From an uncultured Acidobacteriota bacterium (lineage in GTDB: Bacteria; Acidobacteriota; Blastocatellia; RBC074): a DNA stretch of 64,000 nt. Below the pieces are notes generated by a model. That model was not told the DNA's origin and did no database searches. It saw nothing but the letters and a program-made list of their open reading frames with translations. Positions 32,159-42,694 of this stretch are shown here, in pieces. The position numbers and the translations under genes were made by a program. Positions within the stretch are counted from its first letter, which is position 1, and every line of letters starts with the position of its first letter. Location: contig CAWCKY010000006.1 in assembly GCA_963796275.1 (NCBI GenBank), positions 2,624,001 to 2,688,000 of the forward strand, read 5' to 3'.

Positions 32159-34381
32159 ATGGCTACTAACAGAAAAAACGTGAGAAAGATCAATGACAAA
32201 CAGACCGAGCCCAGTGACAAGATCACCGACCTTGCGGTCAATACAGAAGATCCTGAGGACTCGTATCTTACAACGAACCAGGGAGTATGCATCAATGACA
32301 ATCAGAATTCGCTCAAGGCCGGCGATCGCGGGCCATCGCTGCTCGAGGATTTTATTCTGCGTGAGAAGATCACGCATTTCGATCACGAGCGCATCCCGGA
32401 GCGAGTCGTCCATGCGCGCGGAGCTGGGGCTCATGGCTACTTTCAGGTTTATAAGCCGATGGCGAAGCTGACTAAAGCGAAGTTCCTGCTAGACCCATCG
32501 GCTAAGACTCCTGTTTTTGTGCGGTTCTCGACGGTCGCCGGGTCGCGCGGATCGACGGATCTGGCTCGAGATGTGCGTGGCTTTGCCGTCAAATTCTACA
32601 CTGAAGAAGGCAACTTTGATCTGGTTGGCAACAACATCCCAGTCTTCTTCATTCAAGACGCGATCAAATTTCCCGATCTGATTCACGCCGTCAAGCCGGA
32701 GCCGCATCATGAAATTCCGCAAGCCGCTTCCGCGCACGATACCTTCTGGGACTTCATCTCATTGATGCCGGAATCAATGCATATGATTATGTGGGTGATG
32801 TCGGATCGTGCCATTCCGAGGAGCTTCCGGATGATGGAAGGCTTCGGCGTTCATACATTCCGTTTCATCAACGATGCCGGTGAGTCGCGGTTCGTCAAGT
32901 TTCACTGGAAGCCCCTGCTCGGCGTTCATTCGGTGGCCTGGGACGAAGCGCAGAAGATTTCAGGTAAAGATCCCGATTTTCACCGGCGCGACTTGTGGGA
33001 GGCGATTGAAAGCGGCGCTTATCCTGAATGGGAACTCGGTGTGCAGATCGTCGAGGAGAGGGACGAGCACAAATTCGACTTCGATCTGCTCGATGCCACC
33101 AAGATCATTCCTGAAGAACTCGTGCCCGTCTGGCGAATCGGCAAACTGACGCTCAACCGCAATCCGGACAATTTCTTCGCTGAGACCGAGCAGGTCGCTT
33201 TTCACGTCGGTCATATCGTCCCCGGCATCGACTTTACGGACGACCCGTTAATGCAGGGGCGGCTGTTCTCCTATACCGATACGCAACTGATAAGGCTAGG
33301 CGGCCCCAATTTCCACGAAATCCCGATCAATCGCCCCCTCGCGCAGGTTCATAACAATCAGCGCGACGGATACATGCGCCAGACGATTAACCAGAGCCGG
33401 ACAAGCTATGAGCCGAACTCGATCAGCGGCGGTTGTCCTTTCCAGGCGGGCAAGGATATGGGCGGTTTCGTCAGTTACGCCGAAAAAATCTCCGCCTCTA
33501 AGGTGCGGGCGCGGAGCGCGAGTTTCTTCGATCATTTCAGCCAGGCCACGATGTTCTATCGCAGCCAATCCGAGCCGGAGCAGAATCATATCGTCAAAGC
33601 GTTGCGGTTTGAGCTCGGCAAGGTTGAAATCCCGGAGATCCGGGAGCGGATGGTAGGTCTGCTCTCGTTTGTGGATCAGTCGCTGGCCCGCCGCGTCGCC
33701 GAAGGGCTGGGCTTGCACTTTCCCGTGGAGTTGCCCGCGCCGATAAATCAGAGCATTCCGGCGGACGGCGAAGTCGCTAAATTTCAGCCCAAGCGCCCCA
33801 AAAAATCCAATAGCGAGGGCTTCATCTCTCCCGCGTTGAGCATGGCCAATACGCCGAAGAACAGTATCAAAACGCGCAAAGTCGCATTCCTTGTTGCGGA
33901 CGGCGTCGACGAGACGGCAGCGCTGTACATGGCAAAGGCGCTTGAGGCGGCCGGAGCGATGGCAAAGTTCGTGGCGCCGCACGGCGGAGTAATCCATGGC
34001 GCAAAGGGCAAAGAGATGCCCGTTGATTTCAGTCTGCTCACGACGAGTTCCGTGCTCTTCGACGCGGTATATGTTCCCGGTGGGGCCGAAAGCGTCGCGG
34101 CTCTTAAAGCAGAGCCCGACGCAGTCCATTTTATCAATGAGGCCTATAAGCATTGCAAAACTATCGCCGCCACCGGTGAAGGAGTTGATCTGCTGCGCGC
34201 CTCCTATGTCTCTGGCGATCCACGCTTCGAAGAGGGCGGCGGGGGAACGCCGAAGGCGACGATGGAGGGGCTGATGGTGGCCTCGGCATCGGACGCGCGC
34301 AAAATCGCGGATGATTTCATTGCGGCGATCGCCCAGCATCGACACTGGAGTCGCGAGCAGAAGGGAGATATCCCGGCTTGA
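32159..34381 (+). CDS. katE: large-subunit catalase HPII
   Basis: [15 protein letters not shown] active site, RLFSYTDTQ heme ligand, DJ-1-like C-terminal domain, 740 aa. Confidence 0.96.
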   Translation: MATNRKNVRKINDKQTEPSDKITDLAVNTEDPEDSYLTTNQGVCINDNQNSLKAGDRGPSLLEDFILREKITHFDHERIPERVVHARGAGAHGYFQVYKPMAKLTKAKFLLDPSAKTPVFVRFSTVAGSRGSTDLARDVRGFAVKFYTEEGNFDLVGNNIPVFFIQDAIKFPDLIHAVKPEPHHEIPQAASAHDTFWDFISLMPESMHMIMWVMSDRAIPRSFRMMEGFGVHTFRFINDAGESRFVKFHWKPLLGVHSVAWDEAQKISGKDPDFHRRDLWEAIESGAYPEWELGVQIVEERDEHKFDFDLLDATKIIPEELVPVWRIGKLTLNRNPDNFFAETEQVAFHVGHIVPGIDFTDDPLMQGRLFSYTDTQLIRLGGPNFHEIPINRPLAQVHNNQRDGYMRQTINQSRTSYEPNSISGGCPFQAGKDMGGFVSYAEKISASKVRARSASFFDHFSQATMFYRSQSEPEQNHIVKALRFELGKVEIPEIRERMVGLLSFVDQSLARRVAEGLGLHFPVELPAPINQSIPADGEVAKFQPKRPKKSNSEGFISPALSMANTPKNSIKTRKVAFLVADGVDETAALYMAKALEAAGAMAKFVAPHGGVIHGAKGKEMPVDFSLLTTSSVLFDAVYVPGGAESVAALKAEPDAVHFINEAYKHCKTIAATGEGVDLLRASYVSGDPRFEEGGGGTPKATMEGLMVASASDARKIADDFIAAIAQHRHWSREQKGDIPA

Positions 34382-34577
34382 GGCAAGGCGTTTATAGCCG
34401 GATGGTCAAGAACTGAGTATTCGTTATCACGAATTTGTTAATGCTGTTCAATGCTTTCATAGGGTTGGGCATTATGTTTTACCACCGGCACCGTAATAAT
34501 GATGTTAGGAACACAATTGCTGGGACTTGCTGGTGTCAAGCTTTCGGGAGATAAGCGTTTGATGGCCGGGAGATCCT

Positions 34578-35471
34578 TCAGGCAGCATGCGGTTGCTCGG
34601 AGGACTCTTTGGGAATTATGGGTTTGTCCGCGGAGTGCGCGATCTCGGCGTTGATCTCACCGCCAATAAGAATGACCGAACCCATCAAATACAGCCATAA
34701 CATCAAAATAACGACTGCGCCGATACTACCATATGTGGCGCTATAGCTGGGCGCGAACCGCAAGTAGAGCGAGAAGAGCAGCGAGGCGACGAACAGACTT
34801 ATCACGGCGAAGACTGCGCCCGGTGTGATCCACTTCCAATCCTGTTTGACGTTCGGCCCCAGGTAGTAGATCAATTCTAAACCCAAAAAGAGCAGCGTCA
34901 CGCCCAAGAGATAATGGACGACGCTCCAGATGACGTCGAATATCATTCCCATTCCGAGCTTTGCGGCAGCCCAGGAAGCGAAGCGGTCGCCGAACATGAT
35001 CAAAGTTGTCCCGCCAACAATCAGTAACGCCAGTAGAATGGTGAGACCGATGGCGATCAGTCGAGTCTTCCAGAATGGCCTCTCCTCCTTTGCGTCGTAA
35101 GCTGTGTTGAGCGTGCCCATCACCGCCGAGACACCGCCTGATGCTGCCCACAGCGCGCCTAGTACGCCGAATGATAGCAAGCCGCCGCTTCGGTTACGCG
35201 TCACGTCATAAATGATCTCACTCACAAGCCTCATCGCCTCGCCGGGAACGAATTTGGCAAGAGCCGCGAAAATTGCTTCTCTCACGCCGGGCAGAAAGCC
35301 GACTAGGCTGGTCAGGAAGATAAGCATGGGGAAAAGTGCAAGCAAGAAATAATATGCGAGTTCAGCGGCGCGGCCAAAGACGTTGTCTTCGTTTATCCCC
35401 TTCCACGTCTTCGCGGCCAATTCTCTCAGCGTTGCAGGACTGAGCCAGCGCCTCGACCACTGATTATTCAT
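34578..35471 (-). CDS. YihY/virulence factor BrkB family membrane protein
   Basis: AAELAYYFLLALFP, LNTAY, PGA, YSATYGSIGAVVILMLWLY, GGEINA. Confidence 0.92.
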   Translation of the reverse strand: MNNQWSRRWLSPATLRELAAKTWKGINEDNVFGRAAELAYYFLLALFPMLIFLTSLVGFLPGVREAIFAALAKFVPGEAMRLVSEIIYDVTRNRSGGLLSFGVLGALWAASGGVSAVMGTLNTAYDAKEERPFWKTRLIAIGLTILLALLIVGGTTLIMFGDRFASWAAAKLGMGMIFDVIWSVVHYLLGVTLLFLGLELIYYLGPNVKQDWKWITPGAVFAVISLFVASLLFSLYLRFAPSYSATYGSIGAVVILMLWLYLMGSVILIGGEINAEIAHSADKPIIPKESSEQPHAA

Positions 35472-35677
35472 TTCGCCACCTTTCAGCTTCTCGACGGCAG
35501 CCCACCCGTTACGGTGGAAAGGGCTTCCGAGCCGTGGCTCTAACGCATCCTTGCAGATTACCTCCGTTAAATCGACAATAGCCTAATGGTACGGTTTAAG
35601 GACAATCTGTTCTGGAATATCACACCTCCGGTGCTCTAGCCGTCAACTGAAACTGGATAGAGTCTTTCAGTAATCAC

Positions 35678-35693
35678 TGCAATCAATGAGCCA
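35678..35693 (-). promoter_or_regulatory. sigma54-type motif TGGCTCATTGATTGCA upstream of yihY-like gene
   Basis: GG-N10-GC with TTGCA, correct orientation, about 205 bp upstream of ATG. Confidence 0.5.
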
Positions 35694-36140
35694 AGATAAG
35701 ACTGTACTTTGACTTATCGTTCTGTCAGTCAGAATCAGAGCATTTGCGTCAATGGTGAGCCGGGCGCGTATAAAACGGTGACGATGAACCAGGGAGTCGC
35801 CATGCACAAATTTAGAGACAGAAGGTTGCTCCGCAATCGCGATGGTGGTCTTTTGGTGGCTTGGACAGAATAAAGGGCAAATTACGATTTACCGCGAGCG
35901 TACCGAACGCACGATGGTAAGGGGGCCGATCGTCGGTACTGGGTTACCAGATAAAGGTGTGGGAGGTCTACTGCAAACTCAATTCCATCTCTACCATCTC
36001 CTATTTAATGGGATTTGAAACACATTAAACGGAGGTATCATCAGTTAAATATCGTTTCGAAGTCGGTCAAGGACGTATGACTTGCAGTCATAAAAGTACA
36101 TTCGTCATGCGGTTGGTTCGGCAGCGCCGCGTCGGGCGAC

Positions 36141-36156
36141 AGGCATACCCATTGCA
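36141..36156 (+). promoter_or_regulatory. sigma54-type motif AGGCATACCCATTGCA
   Basis: GG-N10-GC, 40 bp upstream of an ATG at 36197 with GAGGAG RBS. Confidence 0.5.
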
Positions 36157-36196
36157 GTAGTTCGGAAAGAGAGGTGCGACTTTCTGAGGAGTAGAC

Positions 36197-36289
36197 ATGA
36201 AATACACAGCAGCCGATATTTTAGTAGAGTCGTTGATTGAGTGGGATGTCAATACAGGTGCGAGAGCTGATTTAGTGGGGGAGGAATGA
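36197..36289 (+). pseudogene. N-terminal remnant of a pyruvate oxidase-like TPP enzyme
   Basis: MKYTAADILVESLIEWDVNT resembles the TAADxLVExLxxWGV start of PoxB-like proteins; stops after 30 aa. Confidence 0.55.
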
Positions 36290-36572
36290 AATGTCAGATG
36301 TAACTTATATTTCAAAGTACGCATTGAGTGGAAAGCCGGACCATTGCGTTTAGCCTATTTACCAGCTGAGTCGGAGCCGGTGAGCTTTGGCGCACACGGA
36401 CAAGTCGCCAAACATTATGGCGTTACCCACATTATATTATGTTGTTTCCGCTGCCGGTGGCTAACTGGTTGGAATATAGCAGGTTGCCGTTGGAGCTGAA
36501 GTCAAAGTGTTAAGAGATGATGGAAAACCTGGCCTGATTATTGAGGCACCGACTCACAACAGGGGATTATCC

Positions 36573-37700
36573 ATGAGAATCGCACAGGTTTCGCCGCTCT
36601 ACGAAAGCGTGCCACCCCAACGGTACGGCGGCACTGAACGTGTAGTCTCGTATTTGACTGAGGAACTCGTCAGGCAAGGGCACGAGGTGACTTTGTTTGC
36701 GAGCGGGGATTCGAGCACGAGCGCGAAGCTGGTCTCCTGCTGTCCGCGCTCGTTGCGCACCGATCCCGGCTGCGCTGATCCGATGGTACATCACTACTTG
36801 ATGCTCGAAAAAGTCTTCAACGGCGCCTCGGAATTCGACCTCATTCATTTTCATATCGACTATCTGCATTTTCCTTTATCACGGTGGCGCGGCCTGATGC
36901 AGCTCTCCACTCTGCACGGGAGGCTGGACCTTCCTGACCTGGTTCTGCTTTATGAAGAGTTCCGTGAGATGCCGCTGATTTCGATCTCTGATGCGCAGCG
37001 CAGACCGATTTCATCGGCCCTATGGCTGGGGACTGTCTATCACGGGCTGCCGGAAAACCTTTTTAACTTTCACGAGACGCCGGAGAATTACCTGGCCTTC
37101 CTGGGTCGCATCTCACCGGAAAAGCGCGTGGATCGCGCCATCGAGATCGCGAAACGCACCGGGATGCCGCTCAAGATCGCAGCTAAGATTGATAAGGTGG
37201 ATCAGGAGTATTTCGAAGAGGTTATCAAACCGCTGCTCGATCACCGGCTGGTCGAATTCGTGGGAGAAATTGGCGATAGGGAGAAGAACGAATTTCTTGG
37301 CAATGCGTACGCTGTACTGTTTCCTATCGATTGGCTGGAGCCGTTCGGGCTTGTGATGATCGAGGCGATGGCCTGCGGCACTCCAGTGATCGCATGGCCG
37401 CACGGTTCCGTCCCGGAAGTGATGGAGGATGGAGTGACCGGCTTTATTGTCGAGGATTTGGATGATGCAGTGCAGGCAATTGAAAAGCTGGCGAGCTTTG
37501 ATCGCCGGCAGTGCCGGCAAGTATTTGAGCGGCGCTTCACCGCAGATCGCATGGCTAGTGATTACGTGAATATCTATGAGCGGTTTGTGGCAAAGGTCTC
37601 GAATAATGGTTTCAGAGATGCGTTTCTCAAGAAGCAAAAGCTGAATTCCCTTCTGAGCGAAGCATCCGAGGCTATCGGCCATCGCTTGAACTTGAAGTGA
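36573..37700 (+). CDS. glycosyltransferase family 4
   Basis: MRIAQVSPLYESVPP..YGGTE, FLGRISPEK, EPFGLVMIEAMACGTPV. Confidence 0.93.
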   Translation: MRIAQVSPLYESVPPQRYGGTERVVSYLTEELVRQGHEVTLFASGDSSTSAKLVSCCPRSLRTDPGCADPMVHHYLMLEKVFNGASEFDLIHFHIDYLHFPLSRWRGLMQLSTLHGRLDLPDLVLLYEEFREMPLISISDAQRRPISSALWLGTVYHGLPENLFNFHETPENYLAFLGRISPEKRVDRAIEIAKRTGMPLKIAAKIDKVDQEYFEEVIKPLLDHRLVEFVGEIGDREKNEFLGNAYAVLFPIDWLEPFGLVMIEAMACGTPVIAWPHGSVPEVMEDGVTGFIVEDLDDAVQAIEKLASFDRRQCRQVFERRFTADRMASDYVNIYERFVAKVSNNGFRDAFLKKQKLNSLLSEASEAIGHRLNLK

Positions 37701-37792
37701 TTGCAGGGGCGTGCGACCAGGTCGTTCAACCATTATTCAGAACGAAGGAGGGTCTGAATTGGAGATATGAGACTAGAGGTAGAGGAGGGAAG

Positions 37793-38887
37793 ATGAAATA
37801 TAGAACGAAAATGATGATGAAACTAATATCGAATTATGTAATTCCGCAAATTGCATCTCGTAGTGCGAGAAAACATGGAAAGGCTCTGGCAATAACCGGA
37901 GCAAGCATCGGCTTATTGTTGGCAGGTCGCGCCGTAATACGTCGACAACGCAGCTTTGACTTGATGGGGCAAACAGTGTTGATCACGGGTGGATCGCGTG
38001 GCCTTGGCCTGATAATGGCGCGAGAGTTTGTTCGTCAAGGCGCTCGGGTTGCGATCTGCGCTCGCGACTTCGATGAACTGGAACGCGCTAGCGAGGATTT
38101 GATGCTGCGCGGCGGCGAGGTTTTTCCCGTCTCCTGTGATCTAACCAACCGGATAGAGGTCGAACAATTTGTGCATACGGTTCAAGAAGAGTTTGGCGAG
38201 ATCGATGTGTTGGTTAATAACGCGGGTGTCATTTGCGTCGGTCCTGTCGAGGAGATGACGATCAACGATTTTGAAGAGGCAATGCGAACCAATTATTGGG
38301 CGGCAGTCTATACGATCTTGGCTGTCCTGCCCGAGATGCGTATGCGGCAAAAAGGGAGGATTATCAATATTGCCTCCATTGGCGCGAAGATCAGTGTGCC
38401 ACACTTACTGCCTTACTGTGCCAGCAAGTTCGCTATCATGGGCCTCTCTGCGGGATTGCGCGCCGAACTGGCAAAAGATGGGATCGTCGTGACTACTGTC
38501 TGCCCCGGACTTATGCGTACGGGAAGCCCGCGTAACGCGACCTTCAAGGGGAACCACCGCGCCGAATACGCGTGGTTCAGCATTAGCGATTCGCTTCCAC
38601 TCGTGTCTATGAGCGGCGAACGCGCCGCGCGGCAAATCATAGCTGCCTGTAAGCGTGGAGATGCCGAAGTTGTCTTATCGCTTCCGGCCAAGCTCGCCGT
38701 GAGATTTAATACCCTCTTCCCGGAATTGACAGCTGATCTACTTGGAGTTGTCAATCAGTTGCTGCCCCGACCAGGGGGAATCGGGGCGAACAGCGTGCTG
38801 GGATCAGAGAGCGAATCATCTCTATCACCTTCTTTCCTGACCTCGCTCGGCGACAAAGCAGCGAAAGAAAACAATCAGGTAATTTAA
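37793..38887 (+). CDS. short-chain dehydrogenase/reductase with N-terminal membrane anchor
   Basis: TGGSRGLG, NNAG, YCASK; GGAGG RBS before 37793. Confidence 0.9.
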   Translation: MKYRTKMMMKLISNYVIPQIASRSARKHGKALAITGASIGLLLAGRAVIRRQRSFDLMGQTVLITGGSRGLGLIMAREFVRQGARVAICARDFDELERASEDLMLRGGEVFPVSCDLTNRIEVEQFVHTVQEEFGEIDVLVNNAGVICVGPVEEMTINDFEEAMRTNYWAAVYTILAVLPEMRMRQKGRIINIASIGAKISVPHLLPYCASKFAIMGLSAGLRAELAKDGIVVTTVCPGLMRTGSPRNATFKGNHRAEYAWFSISDSLPLVSMSGERAARQIIAACKRGDAEVVLSLPAKLAVRFNTLFPELTADLLGVVNQLLPRPGGIGANSVLGSESESSLSPSFLTSLGDKAAKENNQVI

Positions 38888-39131
38888 ATGTATCAATTCT
38901 GATATGAGCTAATTGAAAAAGTACAAAAATCATTACACCTCTACCACAGATGTAATTTGACGGCTCAAAAAAGTTCTTGGATCCCTTTCTCAATGGCAGT
39001 GTCTTTCATGGCTATGCCAACCTCGATTCTCATTCTCTCCGACATTCGGTACTCTCCTTCCCTTTGCGGCTGATTGTTTGAGCGATTTCGATAAATAGGA
39101 CCATCGCCCGATAAATAGTAGAGCATGAATT

Positions 39132-39147
39132 GGGCACTCCTCTTGCG
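39132..39147 (+). promoter_or_regulatory. sigma54-type motif GGGCACTCCTCTTGCG
   Basis: GGCAC-N5-TTGC upstream of the SDR-SRPBCC-dehydrogenase run. Confidence 0.5.
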
Positions 39148-39383
39148 TAAACAAATGAGAGAGCTGAATGCTCCACCTAAACCCATACAGGTGTACTGAT
39201 CTTCATAATTCGTGTACGGGGCCGACCGGGTGATGAGGTTATTTGGATTATCAGGAAAGGCAGACAAACAGGTAGAAGATATGCAGACAGAAATGATGAT
39301 ACCCCAGATGCAACAGATGACAGTAACATAAAGTCATTATCAAAACCTGCTATGGGACTGGTAAGCATTTTTAGGAGATTTAA

Positions 39384-40172
39384 ATGACTTCAAATATACG
39401 CCCACTTGCAATCATCACTGGCGCCTCAACCGGTATAGGCTATGAACTGGCCAAACTCTGCGCCCAAAATGGCTTTGATTTATTGATCGCCGCAGATGAG
39501 TCTGGAATTAACGATGCGGCGCAACAATTTCGCGGGTTTGGCGTTGAGGTCAAGGCGATTCAGGCGGACCTCGCCACCAGTGAAGGTGTTGAGAAGCTTT
39601 ACACTGCAAGTCAGGGTCGACCAGTAGATGCATTGCTTGCGAACGCCGGCCACGGGTTAGGCCATGCTTTCCTCGATCAGGACTTCCTTGATGTGTTGCA
39701 CGTCATCAATACCAACATCACCGGCACGATCCACCTGATCCAAAAAGTGGGCCGGGACATGCGCGCAAGTGGCCATGGACGCATTCTCTTCACCGGTTCG
39801 ATAGCAGGTTTCATACCGGGAACTTATACGGCGGTCTACAACGGAACCAAGGCGTTCATCGATTCTTTCTCGCTCGCGCTACGCGCCGAGTTGAAAGATT
39901 CAGGCGTGACGGTCACTTGCCTCATGCCGGGTCCGACAGAAACCGACTTCTTCGAGCGCGCTGATATGCTCGACACCAAGATCGGGCAACAGGAGAAGGA
40001 CGATGCGGCCGAGGTTGCCAAGACCGGCTTTGAGGCAATGATGCGCGGCGATGCTGATGTCGTCAGCGGCTGGAAGAACAAATTGCAATCGGCCGTCGCC
40101 AATGTAACGCCCGCAGAAGTGCTCGCGGAGCAGCACCGTAAGGTGGCTGAACCCGGGTCGGGGAAAAAGTGA
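39384..40172 (+). CDS. short-chain dehydrogenase/reductase
   Basis: TGASTGIG, ANAG, YNGTK. Confidence 0.92.
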   Translation: MTSNIRPLAIITGASTGIGYELAKLCAQNGFDLLIAADESGINDAAQQFRGFGVEVKAIQADLATSEGVEKLYTASQGRPVDALLANAGHGLGHAFLDQDFLDVLHVINTNITGTIHLIQKVGRDMRASGHGRILFTGSIAGFIPGTYTAVYNGTKAFIDSFSLALRAELKDSGVTVTCLMPGPTETDFFERADMLDTKIGQQEKDDAAEVAKTGFEAMMRGDADVVSGWKNKLQSAVANVTPAEVLAEQHRKVAEPGSGKK

Positions 40173-40322
40173 TTTAAGTTTGAGCCGGCTTTACAAATTC
40201 CTGCGGATTGACGAAGTCAGCTTGTCGTGGAGAGAGACAAGAAATAATCGGCCTCTCGTCTTTTCAGCAGGAGATATCAATTGATGTTCGCTGAATAAAA
40301 TATCTGTTTGGAGGGAGAGATT

Positions 40323-41411
40323 ATGGCGCAAATAAAGAAGAAAGAAGCTCAAGGGGCCGAGCAGCGTGGAGAGGCAATCAGGCAAGATGAACAATTCAAT
40401 CTGCCCGACAGAGAGCCCGGCAGTACGGAATTCGAAACTCGTGGCATAAGGAGGAGACAGCGAGGAGCATTGAAAGGGTTGAATGAAAGGCAACTTGCAG
40501 CTGGTCTGGGTTGGTTCAGTATCGGACTTGGGCTGATTGGAGTTGCGGCTCCGCATGGCCTATCGCGGTTGATCGGTACACGCGGGAAGTACAGTGGGCT
40601 TTTGCGCATCCTGGGGGCACGAGAGATCGCCAGCGGTATTGGTATCCTCTCGCAGCGCCGGCCCACCGGTGCCGCCTGGTCGCGCGTCGGGGGCGATGCC
40701 ATCGATTTGGCGCTATTGGGCGCAGCCTTTGCGTCGCACCGAGCCAAACGCGGCCGGCTAACTGCAGCGACGGCCGCCGTGGCTGGCGTGACAGCTTTGG
40801 ATGTGATCTGCTCGCGAGAGCTCAGTCGCCGCTCTAGCGCGACCGCACCTGACGGAGCTATGAGGGTAGCGCAGTCCGTCACTATCAATCGCTCTCCCGA
40901 AGAAATCTATAAATTTTGGCGGACCTTCCAAAATCTACCCAGTTTTATGAAGCACCTCGAATCTATTGAGGTAGGCCGCGCGATCCGCCAGATGGGTAGT
41001 GAGGTGAGGGAAGAGATAACAGGGGATATATATTCGCACTGGATCGCGAAGGCTCCAGCGGGGATGACGGTCGAATGGGATGCCGAGATCATCGAAGACC
41101 GGCCTAACGAAATGATTGCCTGGAGATCGCTCGAAGGCGCTGATGTGGATCACATGGGATCAGTTCGGTTTGAGCGCGCGCGGGGTGGGCGTGGAACTAT
41201 AGTCCGGGCGAGGTTGCAATATAGCCCGCCGGCCGGAGTGATTGGAGCGAGCATCGCCAAACTTTTCGGCGAAGACCCAAATTGGCAGGTGAAGGATGAT
41301 TTGCGCCGCCTCAAGCAGATTATGGAGGCCGGTGAGGTCCTTACGACTGAAGGGCAATCCGATGGGCGCGCAAACAGCAGCTGGCTATATGACACAACAT
41401 CGCGGAAATGA
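40323..41411 (+). CDS. SRPBCC (polyketide cyclase-like) protein with N-terminal membrane region
   Basis: GLGWFSIGLG, GAREIASG, VTINRSPEEIY.FW, NLPSFMKHL, WDAEI, DDLRRLKQIME. Confidence 0.85.
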   Translation: MAQIKKKEAQGAEQRGEAIRQDEQFNLPDREPGSTEFETRGIRRRQRGALKGLNERQLAAGLGWFSIGLGLIGVAAPHGLSRLIGTRGKYSGLLRILGAREIASGIGILSQRRPTGAAWSRVGGDAIDLALLGAAFASHRAKRGRLTAATAAVAGVTALDVICSRELSRRSSATAPDGAMRVAQSVTINRSPEEIYKFWRTFQNLPSFMKHLESIEVGRAIRQMGSEVREEITGDIYSHWIAKAPAGMTVEWDAEIIEDRPNEMIAWRSLEGADVDHMGSVRFERARGGRGTIVRARLQYSPPAGVIGASIAKLFGEDPNWQVKDDLRRLKQIMEAGEVLTTEGQSDGRANSSWLYDTTSRK

Positions 41412-41455
41412 TCTAGTTGAAAAATCTGCTTGGAGACCTAGAGAGGAAAAATATA

Positions 41456-42622
41456 ATGAAAGCAAATTGCTGGTACGGCAAAAAAAATGTGCAGGTGGTT
41501 GATGTACCTGATCCAAAGATTCTTAACAAACACGACGCGATTGTGAAGGTCAGTTCGACGGCGATCTGCGGCTCTGACTTGCATCTTTACAACGGTTTCA
41601 TCCCGACGATGGAAAAAGGCGACATTATGGGCCACGAATTTATGGGTGAGATTGTCGAGATTGGCTCCGAGGTCAAGAAACGCAAAGTGGGCGACCGCGT
41701 AGTCGTCGGTTTTCCCATCTCATGCGGCGAGTGTTTCTTCTGCAAAAAGGAGATGTTTTCCCTTTGTGAAAACTCGAATCCGAATGCGTGGATGGCCGAA
41801 AAGATATTCGGTCATTCATCGGCGGGCCTTTTCGGCTACTCGCATCTGACTGGCGGGTTTGCCGGCGGGCAGGCCGAGTTTGTGCGTGTGCCGTTTGCCG
41901 ATATTGGCACGGTGAAGATCGAAAATGGATTGACGGATGATCAGGTATTGTTTCTATCTGACATCTTTCCCACGGGATATATGGGGGCCGAGAATTGCAA
42001 CATCGAGCCGGGCGACACAGTTGCCATTTGGGGGTGCGGCCCGGTTGGCCAATTTGCGATCAGAAGTTGTTTTTTGCTCGGGGCTGAGCGAGTAATCGCA
42101 ATCGATCGGCTTCCGGGGCGGTTGCGAATGGCCGCGGCTGGCGGCGCTGAAACGATCAACTACGAAGAGATGGATGTCTACGATAGTCTGATGGAGATGA
42201 CTGGCGGCCGAGGGCCGGACTCCTGTATGGATGCTGTCGGTCTGGAGGCGCACGCGCCCGGAGTTTGGGAGTATTACGATCGCACCAAGCAGGCATTGAT
42301 GCTCGAAACAGATCGTCCTTATGTACTACGACAGGCGATTCTGGCATGCCGAGGCGGGGGCACTGTCTCAATTCCCGGTGTCTATGGAGGAGTGGGCGAC
42401 AAAATCCCGCTCGGTGCTTTGATGAATAAAGGTCTGACGATCAAGACCGGACAAACGCATGTTCAGCGTTATTTCCGCCCCTTACTCGAAAGGATCAAGA
42501 AGGGCGATATCGACCCTAGTTTTGTCGTCACTCATCGTATGCAACTTGAGGATGCGCCAAAAGGATTCGACACGTTCTTTAATCAACAGGATGAGTGCAT
42601 TAAGGTTGTGCTCAAACCATAG
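41456..42622 (+). CDS. zinc-dependent alcohol dehydrogenase (formaldehyde dehydrogenase-like)
   Basis: [35 protein letters not shown]. Confidence 0.92.
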   Translation: MKANCWYGKKNVQVVDVPDPKILNKHDAIVKVSSTAICGSDLHLYNGFIPTMEKGDIMGHEFMGEIVEIGSEVKKRKVGDRVVVGFPISCGECFFCKKEMFSLCENSNPNAWMAEKIFGHSSAGLFGYSHLTGGFAGGQAEFVRVPFADIGTVKIENGLTDDQVLFLSDIFPTGYMGAENCNIEPGDTVAIWGCGPVGQFAIRSCFLLGAERVIAIDRLPGRLRMAAAGGAETINYEEMDVYDSLMEMTGGRGPDSCMDAVGLEAHAPGVWEYYDRTKQALMLETDRPYVLRQAILACRGGGTVSIPGVYGGVGDKIPLGALMNKGLTIKTGQTHVQRYFRPLLERIKKGDIDPSFVVTHRMQLEDAPKGFDTFFNQQDECIKVVLKP

Positions 42623-42630
42623 GATGAAAT

Positions 42631-42694
42631 ATGAATGCCGTGGAATTGTTGATGGAAGAACCAGCAGAAATTACTCCGATTGATTGAAGAGCTT
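42631..42694 (+). pseudogene. N-terminal remnant of a hemerythrin/HHE-domain-like protein
   Basis: removing one base gives MNAVELLMEDQQKLLRLIEEL, like MNAIELLKxDHxxV starts; cut at the junction with the sulfatase. Confidence 0.4.

Noticed and set aside
33296-34345. Long antisense ORFs over katE, permeases and receptors (also 60835-61995, 18808-19665)
   Set aside because: Shadow ORFs expected opposite GC-rich coding genes; no motifs
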